Assembly: GCA_038087875.1 (NCBI GenBank)
Contig: JAXLNO010000530.1
Location: 1-39,763, forward strand
DNA length: 39,763 bases
Direction: 5' to 3'
DNA from: Malacoraja senta
Lineage: Eukaryota
Part shown: positions 1 through 10,094 of the stretch, one piece after another
How positions within the stretch are numbered: position 1 is the first letter of the stretch
How the letters are laid out: each line of letters begins with the position of its first letter
Program-made: the position numbers and the translations under genes
Notes under the pieces: model-generated
Told to the model about the DNA's origin: nothing
What the model saw: only the letters and a program-made list of their open reading frames with translations
Database searches by the model: none

Positions 1-1195
1 GGGCCATTTAGGGCCAGGGCATGGCACATCGGATCCGGGATAGGGTCTCTGCCTGCTCAACCTGCAATAGCCTCTCTCCACACCAGCAACGCCAGCCACT
101 ACTGCAACAGCCTGCCCTCGCCCTGGCGTGGATGGCGGTCGCTACGGACATATTTGAGTGGCGTGGCAAACATTTCCTGGTCCTTGTCGACTCCTACTCC
201 AGCTGGTTCGAGGTTGAGCGTCTGCACTCCCTCACTTCTGCTGCTGTCATCGGGAAGCTGAAACGCAACTTTGGGACCTTTGGCATTCCTGTGACTGTGC
301 AGTCTGACAACGGGGGCCAGTTCTCGAGTGCTGAGTTCCGCGCCTTCGCCGCCGCCTATAACTTTCGCCACATCACCAGCAGCCCTGAATACCCGCAGAG
401 CAACGGCCTTGCTGAGCGCGCCGTCCGCAGTGCCAAGGAGCTGTTGGAGCAGTGCAGACTATCGCATTCAGATTTTTATCTGGCTCTACTGAATCTCCGA
501 AATATTTGTCGCGACCATGCCATGGGCTCGCCCGCTCAGCGGCTCATGTCCCGCACCACACGCCCTCCGATCCCTGTCTCCCAGCGATCCCTACAGCCCG
601 CAGTCCGCAGCCCTGCTGCTGTCCAGGAGCGCATTACCCAGAAACAGGCCGTCCAGAAGCGCTCCCACGACAAATCATGCCGTCCCCTTCAGCCCCTCTT
701 CAAGGGCCAGGTCGTCCGGATGCAGTCTCCCTCCGGACACCACCGACTGGCTGTTGTCATCGACTTTGCAGACTCTCCGCGCTCTTACCTAGTTGACTAT
801 GAGGGCACCATCTACCGCCGGTCCCGCCAGCATTTGCTGCCGGTTAACGAGCCCGCTCCGCCTCCCACAGCCCCTCTTGCTCTCCCGGTTGCCACCTCTT
901 TGCCTACCGCTCCTCCATGCCCAGGACTCTGCCCTCGCAACCCTTGGTGCCCCGTTCTCCCACTGCTCCTCCTGGCCCCCCCCCATCATACGTCTCCTGC
1001 TCGCGTGCCCGTTGCAGTGCCCGTTTCTCCTCCCCGGTCTCCTCGTCCTCCCTCTCCTGCTCATTCTCCTCTCAGCTCCCCTATCACCCTCCTGCTCCTG
1101 TACCTGCTCTTCCTTCGGAGGGGGGGGAAGGCGAGCTGCGTACCCGCTCCGGGCGTCAGGTCAAGCCGCCTGAACGTTACGGGGAGTTTGCTTGA
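1..1195 (+). mobile_element. Ty3/Gypsy LTR retrotransposon pol 3' end (integrase), frameshifted in the Pro-rich tail
   Basis: ORF 21..1325 has the CxxC of the HHCC finger (ACSTC) and the DDE core (ATDIF, QSDNGGQF, SNGLAERAV). The typical terminus RTRSGRQVKPPERYGEFA* lies in another frame (917..1195), implying a frameshift near 880-920. Confidence 0.9.
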
Positions 1196-1289
1196 ATGTT
1201 TCAAGTTTTTTCCTGACGATGTACACGCGGGTTTGTGTCTAGCATATGAGTCGTGGTCTCACTGTCATCATTGTAATGTTTCCCTTTCC

Positions 1290-1300
1290 AAGGGGAAGGA
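1290..1300 (+). promoter_or_regulatory. Polypurine tract of the Gypsy element
   Basis: AAGGGGAAGGA lies about 95 bp after the pol stop and directly abuts TGTAG. Confidence 0.75.
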
Positions 1301-1404
1301 TGTAGATCAGTGCATGTTCCTTTAACATAATGACCTCACCACTACTAACCACTCCCCATTATCTTCAGTATAATTGTAACCTTCCCACCCCCAGCTCGCT
1401 CTCC
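1301..1404 (+). mobile_element. Start of Gypsy 3' LTR (truncated by LINE insertion)
   Basis: Begins with canonical TG right after the PPT; at about 1405 the sequence switches to an RTEX-like LINE. Confidence 0.65.
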
Positions 1405-1950
1405 CCAAGAGAAAGCATAATATGCGGCCACTGTTTGACAGATGAGGTTGAAACAGAGGTGCACTTCCTCCTAAAATGCAAAAAAATTGACAAAACAAGG
1501 AAAACATACTTTGACAAACTCAGTCTGGCAACCCCTGATTTTAAAGAACTAGTTGATACATCAAAACTAAGAATAATCCTTGGTGAAGGAAATACGGCAC
1601 ATCTTGGTGTACAATACGTAACAGCATGCCATAACCTGGGAGACGGTGAATGACCAATATGCACATATGTACGCACACACTAATTGACATTAACTGACAC
1701 TAAGAAATTAATATTGAATTGCTAAACTTGCTATTCTGTTGTACTGCTTACAGCTGCAAGAATGTGTAGCAAACAATAAAGGGCTATAGGCCTATTGCGA
1801 GTTTATGTACTGGGACATATCTATCCATGCACTATACTTGTATTTATCCTTATGCATTTTAAATATGTATGTCATGTTTTATACTTTGGCAATATAACAA
1901 TGTATTTTTTTATCATGTCAATAAAGTTTTTTAATTGAAATTGAAAATTA
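1405..1950 (+). mobile_element. 3' end of a non-LTR retrotransposon, RTEX-like (clade tentative; Crack/Daphne possible), copy 1
   Basis: Encodes ICGHCLTDEVETEVHFLLKC (C-terminal Cys/His knuckle) up to a stop at 1653. It is closely similar to 7987-8286. It has AATAAA at 1920 and an ATTGAAATTGAAA tail. Confidence 0.7.
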
Positions 1951-2674
1951 AGAGAGANNNNNNNNNNNNNNNNNNNNNNNNNNNNNNNNNNNNNNNNNNN
2001 NNNNNNNNNNNNNNNNNNNNNNNNNNNNNNNNNNNNNNNNNNNNNNNNNNNNNNNNNNNNNNNNNNNNNNNNNNNNNNNNNNNNNNNNNNNNNNNNNNNN
2101 NNNNNNNNNNNNNNNNNNNNNNNNNNNNNNNNNNNNNNNNNNNNNNNNNNNNNNNNNNNNNNNNNNNNNNNNNNNNNNNNNNNNNNNNNNNNNNNNNNNN
2201 NNNNNNNNNNNNNNNNNNNNNNNNNNNNNNNNNNNNNNNNNNNNNNNNNNNNNNNNNNNNNNNNNNNNNNNNNNNNNNNNNNNNNNNNNNNNNNNNNNNN
2301 NNNNNNAGAGACAGAGAGGGGGCAGAGAGAGACAGCTGGATNNNNNNNNNNNNNNNNNNNNNNNNNNNNNNNNNNNNNNNNNNNNNNNNNNNNNNNNNNN
2401 NNNNNNNNNNNNNNNNNNNNNNNNNNNNNNNNNNNNNNNNNNNNNNNNNNNNNNNNNNNNNNNNNNNNNNNNNNNNNNNNNNNNNNNNNNNNNNNNNNNN
2501 NNNNNNNNNNNNNNNNNNNNNNNNNNNNNNNNNNNNNNNNNNNNNNNNNNNNNNNNNNNNNNNATAGAGAGAGGGAGAAAGAGAGTTACAGAGAGAGAGA
2601 GACGAGAGGGACAGAGAGAGAGAGAGGGAGAGACAGACAGAGAGAAAGAGAGAGAGAGACAGACAGAGAGAGAG
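1951..2674. repeat. (GA)n-rich microsatellite interrupted by two assembly gaps (N 1958-2306 and 2342-2563)
   Basis: GAGA/GACA runs flank and separate the N blocks. Confidence 0.9.
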
Positions 2675-2751
2675 TGCTGGAGTAACTCAACTGGTCAGGC
2701 AGCATCTGTGGAGAGAAGGAATGGGTGACATTTTGGGTCGAGAACCTTCTT
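2675..2751 (-). mobile_element. Penelope-derived short element relic with decayed hammerhead motif
   Basis: TGCTGGAGTAACTC...CAGGCAGCATCT...GGTGACATTTTGGGTCGAGAACCTTCT. The minus strand reads AAAGAAGGTTCTCGACCCAAAATGTCACCC, homologous to 36585-36672. Confidence 0.6.
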
Positions 2752-2753
2752 TG

Positions 2754-3066
2754 GTTTAGTTTAGTTTAGAGATGCAGCACGGAAACAGGTCTTTCGGCTG
2801 ACGGACTCTGCGCCGACCAGCGATCACCCCGTACACTACCACTATCCTACGCACATTAGGGACAATTTAACAATTTTGCGGAGGCCGATTAATCTGCAAC
2901 CATGAACGTCTTTGAAATGTTGGAGGAAACCGGAGCACCCGGAGTAAAAACTCACGCAGGTCAAGGGGCGAACGTACAAACTCCGCACAGACAGCACCCA
3001 TAGTCAGGATCGTACCTGGGTCTCTGGCGGTGAGGCAGCAACTGTACCGCTGCGCCACTGTACCGC
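2754..3066 (-). mobile_element. HE1-like tRNA-derived V-SINE
   Basis: The minus strand has a tRNA-like head (GTGGCGCAGCGG...GGTACGATCCTGA), the V-domain GGTGCTCCGGTTTCCTCC and a (CTAAA)n tail. Confidence 0.85.
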
Positions 3067-3167
3067 GTAGAATTATATAACGGTTACCTCCGCCATAAAT
3101 GCACCCAATATGTGCTAGTAATGTCCTGTTTGCCAGCTTGTTGACCCTCTGTGTGCCCCTCCTGCAG

Positions 3168-4402
3168 GGTTTAGGAGCCATTGCTGTGGACGGAGAGACA
3201 GGGCGTGAGCGGCCATTGAGTGCGGCCAGGGTGCCGGTGAGCCCCCCCCCCATCTGTGGGCTGAGCTTCGGTGGAGAACCACAGACGGGGCAAAACAAGG
3301 AGAAGCGTTATGAGTGCGACGTGTGTGGCAAGGCGTGTCAGCACCCGAGCCTGCTGGAGATCCACCGGCGGGTTCACACGGGAGAACGCCCCTTCGACTG
3401 CTCAGAGTGCGGCAAGAGCTTCAAGTCGTCGCCGGAACTGAAGGTGCACTGGCGCCTGCACACCGGGGAACGACCCTACACTTGCAGCGAATGTGGCAAG
3501 GGCTTCACCCAGTCCGGTCACCTGCTGGTGCACCAACGCACCCACACCAGCGAGCGCCCCTTCACCTGCAGCCAGTGCGGCAAAGGCTTCACCCACTCCA
3601 GCACCCTGAAGGTGCACCAGCGCACACACACCGGCGAGCGCCCCTACACCTGCGCCCAGTGCGGCAAAGGCTTCACCCATTCCGGCAATCTGCTATCCCA
3701 CCAGCGCACCCACTCCGGCAATCTGCTGTCCCACCACCGCATCCACGAGCGTCCCTACACCTGCGCCCAGTGCGGCAAGGGCTTCACTCACTCCAACAGC
3801 CTGCTGTCCCACCAGCGCACACACACCGGCGAGCGCCCCTTCACCTGCGCCCAGTGCGGCAAGGGCTTCACTCACTCCAGCACCCTGCTGTCCCACCAGC
3901 GCACCCACACTGGCGAGCGCCCCTTCACCTGTACCCAGTGCGGCAAGGGCTTCACCCAGTCCAGTCACCTGCTGAAGCACCAGCGCACCCACACTGGTGA
4001 GCGACCCTACACCTGCGGCCCAGTGCGGCAAGGGCTTCACCAGCTCCACCTATCTGCTGTCCCACCAGCAGGTGCACGCCGGCGACTGTCCCGTCCCCAG
4101 CCCAGTGTGTGGAAAGAGCTTTACCATGGCCTCCCACCCCCTGTCTCACCAGGGCGTGCACAAAAGTGGCCAGCCCTACGACTGCCCGTACTGCGGTGAG
4201 GAGTTTGACAGCTCGCGGGGGTTGCGGCAGCATCGGCGGACCCACGCCGGCGAGCAGCTGCTCCCACTGTGACAAGAGAGCATGGGGGCTGCGGGAGCAC
4301 CAGCGGTTACACGCCGGAGAGGCACTCTTTGTGTGCGCTGAGTGTGGCAAGGGTTTCACCAGCATGAGTTTTCTGCTTTCAACAGAAAGCAGTCAAATTT
4401 AA
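3168..4402 (+). pseudogene. Multi-C2H2 zinc-finger exon (about 13 fingers, several degenerate), frameshifted
   Basis: Repeated CxxCGKGF...HxxxH-TGERP units start at 3309. A strong acceptor (CCCTCCTGCAG) lies at 3166-3167. Frameshifts occur near 4015 (TGCGGCCCAGTGC) and near 4260-4270. The last finger lacks its His pair and there is no in-frame ATG in the exon before finger 1. Confidence 0.8.
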
Positions 4403-5213
4403 AAGATAATTTTCCCAGCAGAATAAAGTTATGGAAATCTTAGAAGCTTGGTTTGTACTAATCATTGAATCAATGTATTGACAATGTATTAACATAGAGA
4501 TGTATTGTCTGGGCACAGCACCATACTAGATATGTATCTGAACTGCCTGGCGCAGCTAAGGACAAGGTAGTGGCTTTCATCCAAGTCTTACAAGCTTGTT
4601 TTAGTTCACAGACGGATGCCCATTCTGGAACTAAGATGGAAGTCATTTGAAAACAAAATGGAGTTAGTTGTCCTTCCGGAATGGGCATCTGTACTGAAGC
4701 TGTGCCAAGATTTGAGAATAAGGCTGACATTACAAATATATGGGTCCAGCCCCCCTTGTTTCCCTTAGGCTACGGATCTTTCACTCAGATTTAGGTGTGT
4801 TTTATTGATAAGAAAATGTCTAATTACACAAACTTTCGTTTGATCTTTGAGTGGAGGCCGAGAAGCACTGAGCAACGTGTGTGCTCTTTGTAGATCTCGC
4901 CACTCCCCTCTGGCAAATTGATTAAAAGATTGCTTTGGTTTACCTTTAACAATTTTGTTGCTGTCTGCTTTCTTTAAGAGACGAACTTTGACAACTGTGC
5001 TCTTTGGAATTCTTCAGAATTAAGGTTGCACTATCAATAATCAAAGAAAATGCCAACCATCTCCAGAAATGATAAGAAATTATTCTCGCCTCCATGCATA
5101 TTTGTCGTCGTAGGGCAGTCGGACACCTCCCCGCTACTTCAAAGATCGTTCCTGCACTTGGCAATATCGTTTGGTGTTTGGCGGCAGCAGGGCTACAGGC
5201 AGCCCGGCACCTG

Positions 5214-5622
5214 GGTGAATCACCCCATTGTGGGGGTCCGGGGGGTGGGAGGTGAATCACCCCATGTGTGGGTCCGGCGAGGGGTGAATCACCACGGTGT
5301 GTGGGTCGGGTCGGGGTGAATCACTCCAGTGTGTGTGTCGGGGGGGGGGTGAATCACTCCAGTGTGTGGGTCGGGGGGGGGGGGGTGAATCACCACTGTG
5401 TGAGGTTCTGGGGGGGGGGTGAATCACCATGGTGTGGGGGTCGGGGGGGGGTGAATCACTCCAGTGTGTGGGTCGGGGGTGAATCACCCCATGTGGGGGT
5501 CCGGGGGGTGAATCACTCCAGTATGTGTGTCGGGGGGGGGGGGGTGAATCACTCCAGTGTGTGGGTCGGGGGGGGGGTGAATCACACCGGTGTGTGGGTC
5601 AGGGGTGGGGGGTGAATCACCC
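5214..5622. repeat. G-rich minisatellite, 13 units of about 28-37 bp with conserved core GGTGAATCAC(C/T)
   Basis: Cores at about 5214, 5251, 5283, 5315, 5348, 5384, 5418, 5450, 5478, 5507, 5543, 5576 and 5611. The length variation lies in the G-runs. Confidence 0.9.
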
Positions 5623-5663
5623 TGGTAGGGGGGTCGTGGTGCCGGTGCAGCTCGGTCAGATAA

Positions 5664-7143
5664 TACCTCCATTCAGATAATAGTCTACTTTCCAGTTTTT
5701 GTCACCAAAGTGGATAACCTCACATTTATCCACATTATACTGCATCTGCCATGCCTATGCCCACTCACCCAACATATCCAAGTTACCTTGCAGCCTCCTA
5801 GCATCCTCCTCACAGCTAACACTGCCCCCCAGCTTTGTGTCATCCGCAAACTTGGAGATGTTGCATTCAATTCCCTCATCCAGCTCATTAATATATATTG
5901 TAAATAGCTGGGGTCCCAGCACTGAGCCTTGTGGTACCCCACTAGTCACTGCCTGCCATTCTGAAAAGGACCCGTTTACTCCTACTCTTTGCTTCCTGTC
6001 TGCCAGCCAGTTCTCTATCCACATCAATACTGAACCCCCAATACCATGTGCTCTAAGTTTGTATACTAATCACTTATGTTGGACCTTGTCGAAAGCCTTC
6101 TGAAAGTCCAGATATAACACATCCACTGGTTCTGCCTTATCCACTCTACTAGTTACATCCTCGAAAAATTCTATAAGATTCGTCAGACATGATTTACCTT
6201 TCATAAATCCATGCTGACTTTGTCCAATGATTTCACCACTTTCCAAATGTGCTGCTATCCCATCTTTAATAACTGACTCTAGCAGTTTCCCCACTACCGA
6301 TGTTAGACTAACTGGTCTGTAATTCCCCGTTTTCTCTCTCCCTCCCTCTCCCTCCCTGTGGTTACATTAGCTACCTTCCAATCCTCAGGAACTACTCCAG
6401 AATCTAAAGAGTTCTGTAAAATTATCACTAATGCATTCACTATTTCTGGGGCTACTTCCTTAAGTACTCTGGGATGCAGCCTGTCTGGCCCTGGGGATTT
6501 ATCGGCCTTTAATCCATTCAATTTACCTAACACCACTTCCCGGCTAACCGGGATTTCACTCAGTACCTCCATCTCATTTGACCCCCGGTCCCCTGCTATT
6601 TCCGGCAGATTATTTATGTCTTCCTTAGTGAAGACAGAACCAAAGTAGTTATTCAATTGGTCTGCCATATCCTTGTTCCCCATGATCAATTCACCAGTTT
6701 CTTACTGCAAGGGACCTACATTTGTTTTAACTAATCATTAATCTCTTCACATATCTATAAAAACTTTTGCAGTCAGTTTTTATGTTCCCTGCCAGGTTTT
6801 TTTCATAATCTATTTTCCCTTTCCTAATTAAGCCCTTTGTCCTCCTCTGCTGGACTCTGAATTTCTCGTAGTCCTCTGGTAGGCTGCTTTTTCTGGCTAA
6901 TTTGTATGCTTCATCTTTTGTCTTGATACTATCCCTGATTTCTCTTGTTATCCACGGATGCACTACCTTCCCTGATTATTCTTTTGCCAAACTGGGATGA
7001 ACAATTGTTGTAGTTCATCCATGCAGTCTTTAAATGCCTCCCATTGCATATCCACCTTCAACCCTTTAAGAATCACTTGCCAGTCTATCTTGGCCAATTC
7101 ACGTCTCATACCCTCAAAGTTACCCTTCTTTAAGTTCAGAACC
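5664..7143 (-). mobile_element. CR1 LINE ORF2 (RT region) fragment, decayed and truncated at both ends
   Basis: Minus-strand ORF pieces (VPQGSVLGP...KFADDTKL; GKSCLTNLIEFFEDVT) are highly similar to the CR1 at 13150-14640 but are broken by frameshifts and stops. Confidence 0.92.
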
Positions 7144-8286
7144 TTTGTTAAATAAATGCAAATTAACTCTCAATGGTATTATTATCGAACACACTATGAG
7201 CTATACTTACCTTGGTCTAACTGTTGCAGCATCAGGGAGCTTCAATATGGCAGTGAATGCACTAAAAGAGAAAGCTCAAAGAGCTCTGTATGCAATAAAA
7301 AGAAGATTCTACAACATCCAAATTCCAATTAAAATCTGGCTTAAAATATGTGACAGTGTACTCCAGCCTATTGCGCTTTATGGTAGTGAAGTATGGGGTC
7401 CACTCAGTCACCATAGTAATAGTAAATGGGAAAAACATACAACGGAGGCCCTGCATGCGGAATTTTGTCGGAACATCCTCCGCATCCAAAGGAAAACACC
7501 AACAAACGCATGCAGGGCAGAATTAGGCAGATACCCGCTGATAATAAATATCCAAAAAAGAGCACTACATTTTTGGAATCACCTTAAATCTAGCCCCCCA
7601 GATGCCCTCCAGTTTAAAGCCCTTAAAACACAAGAGGGGAGCCCAGAAAAGAGTTCCCTGTGTCAGTTGCTACTGAGTAACTACCCCTATTCAGTTAAAC
7701 CCTATCCAGTTAAATCCTTACCAGCCTCAGATCAATACTGATCCCCAATCACCAGTTAGAGTGAACCAAATTATCAAACAATGTAAAGAAATGTATTTGG
7801 AACATTGGGATAAAGAAACCAAAAGCCAAAGCAGATTAGAATGTTACCGTGCCCTAAAAATAGATTATAAATTTGCAGACTATCTCTCAACTATTAGAGA
7901 TATAAAGCAGAGGCAGACCCTCACCAAATACAGGTTAAGCGACCACTATTTGGCAGTTGAAAAAGGAAGACAGAAGAGATTCTGGCAACCAAGAGAAAGC
8001 AGAATATGCGGCCACTGTTTAATAGATGAGGTTGAAACAGAGGTGCACTTCCTCCTAAAATGCAAAGAATTTGACAAAACAAGGAAAACATACTTTGACA
8101 AACTCAGTCTGGCAACCCCTGATTTTAAAGAACTAGATGATACATCAAAACTAAGAATAATCCTTGGTGAAGGAAGTATGGCACATCTTGGTGCACAATA
8201 CGTAACAGCATGCCATAACCTGAGAGACGGTGAATGACCAATATGCACATATGTACGCACACGTTAATTGACATTAACTGACACTA
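7144..8286 (+). mobile_element. RTEX-like LINE ORF2 C-terminal fragment, copy 2 (5'- and 3'-truncated)
   Basis: ORFs 7145..7741 (SYTYLG, YGSEVWG, ACRAELGRYPL) and 7761..8237 (YRLSDHYLAVEKGR, CGHC...EVHFLLKC). Similarity to copy 1 stops at 8286. Confidence 0.72.
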
Positions 8287-8334
8287 AAAACCCCGTTTAC
8301 CTTTAAAAAAAACTCATGCGCATTTACCTGATTG

Positions 8335-8600
8335 ATTGATCTCATAATTTTGTAAACCTCTTTCAGATCACCCCATCCTCCTGCACTCTAAGGAATGAAA
8401 TCAGAGCCTTCTCAACCTCACCCTCCCTGAACATACACTCACTGACTTGCAGAACAGTTCAGCATAGGAACAGGCCCTTGGGCCCACACCTTCTGTTCCG
8501 AACGTGATGCCAAGTTGATCTAATCTCCTCCACCAACACATGTTCCATATCCCTCCTTTCCCTGCATATCTATGCCTTTCTAAAGTCTTCAAATGCCACT
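8335..8600 (-). mobile_element. Old CR1 3' fragment
   Basis: The minus strand reads like a CR1 3' end (GGTTTACAAAATTATGAG...CCAAGGGCCTGTTCC). Confidence 0.55.
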
Positions 8601-8678
8601 ATCAAGTCTCCTTGTAAATCTACTCTGGACTCTTTCCAGCTGGTGTGTTAAAAACAAACTACATGACGAATCCAGTGT

Positions 8679-8812
8679 GTCAGGCAGCATCTGTGGTGGG
8701 AATCGACTGACAATGTTTTGAAGTCACCAGTCTGAACAAGAGTTCCAGCCTGAAATGTCGTTGGTTCATTCCATCCCACAGATGTTGCCTGACCCACTGT
8801 GTTCCTCCAACA
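8679..8812. mobile_element. Fold-back Penelope-derived element with decayed hammerhead between the arms
   Basis: Arm GTCAGGCAGCATCTGTGG-TGGGAAT (8679-8703) is complementary to ATTCC-ATCCCACAGATGTTGCCTGAC (8768-8793). CTGAACA (8732) and GAAA (8752) lie between them. Confidence 0.55.
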
Positions 8813-10094
8813 GTTTTGCTCAACGATCCAACATCTGCAGTTTCTAGTATCCCCAGAGATCTGTTAACTGTTACCATTCATTTGCCCTATTTTATTACAT
8901 TTTGTATTACATTTCTGTTAAATTATGTTGCAGTCTTGGAAATGTTTTCACCTCAGCTGCAAACCTGCGTTCCTAGTGTACATTCTACTTTAATCATGCT
9001 AAATTATGATCACTGGCATCAAAACACCTCATCACTACCACTACAATACTACTCCCATCTTGCAGCCAAGCAATACCCACCATTTTCTATACAGTCGCCT
9101 TAATACAATTTCTTAAATGAATTTGAGAACCTCTGCACTCTGCTTCAGTAACAGGTAATATTAAGTGTAAATTCACAACTATTTATTGTTCTGGGGTGGG
9201 TTATTTTGCACCATATAAACAGGCCAAAATATTTCTTCCCTATCCCTAAGTTTATTTGATATACAATGATAAATACAAATCAATGGATCATTTAAATGTT
9301 TACTGTGCTGATGGGGACCATTCATCCTATCAGGCCAATGCCACCTCTCTACTGGAGAAAATCACTTGTTCAACCCCAGCCCTTCGACTGTAGTTTTGCA
9401 TGTTTTTGCTCACAATTAGTTTATCCAATTCTCTCTTTGTAATGAAACATAAATAGGATTTGGATCAATGAACGGAGAAAGAAAATTGCAGGGGTACAAA
9501 TGACTATCTTTATTACATCAAATTACAAGACAAAGCATTAAAAAAGCAACGAATCTCATGGCTTTCAGCTCAATGTGTTAAATGATAGAAGCCGTGGCAA
9601 ATACCATCAAGTCTCACAGTCTTCTGCCAATTGGAGACTCCTATTTATGATGGCTGGTGTAGAGATCTTGCGGGCCCAGCCACTGTCCTTCAAAGGTTCT
9701 GCATTAAATCAAGCACCGAGCTATTCTTGCATGTCTCGGAGAAAAGAAAGGTTTAACTTATCCTTTAGCTACACTAAATATCCTTGTAGGCTGCTCCATA
9801 ATTTCCCAGTTATTCTAAGTGAGCCCTCAATCATCTAATTGTTCCCCAAAGCCAGCCTACTTGCTTACCATAAAGTGCTGTTAGCAGAAAATGTAATCTT
9901 AGGTGAAAACCCCGTTTACCTTTTCCAGTGCATTAAGGGCATAATGGACCCAACTACACAACATCTACATGCCATACACTTGAAATTCCAAACGCACGTT
10001 GCATAGAATTCCTTGTCCGCTCTCAAACCCTCCAGCAAAGTGAGCAGCCTCCCTATCCATTCTTCCATTCAAAGATTGATCATTTTCCAGAGCT

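Noticed and set aside
1935-2567. 210-aa ORF
   Set aside because: Artefact of translating N gaps.
3099-3167. Signal-peptide-like N-terminus of the 366-aa ORF (secreted zinc-finger protein?)
   Set aside because: The hydrophobic stretch is the translated polypyrimidine tract upstream of the acceptor at 3167, so it is intronic.
3402-4365. Ala/Gly/Leu-rich antisense and alternative-frame ORFs
   Set aside because: Shadow frames of the GC-rich 84-bp zinc-finger repeats.
5214-5622. CRISPR-like array (palindromic repeat with variable spacers)
   Set aside because: The intervening sequences are homologous to each other and short, the constant part is only 10-11 bp, there are no cas genes and the context is vertebrate. 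It is a minisatellite.
5257-5672. Pro/His-rich and Gly/Val-rich ORFs
   Set aside because: Translations of the minisatellite with no independent coding evidence.
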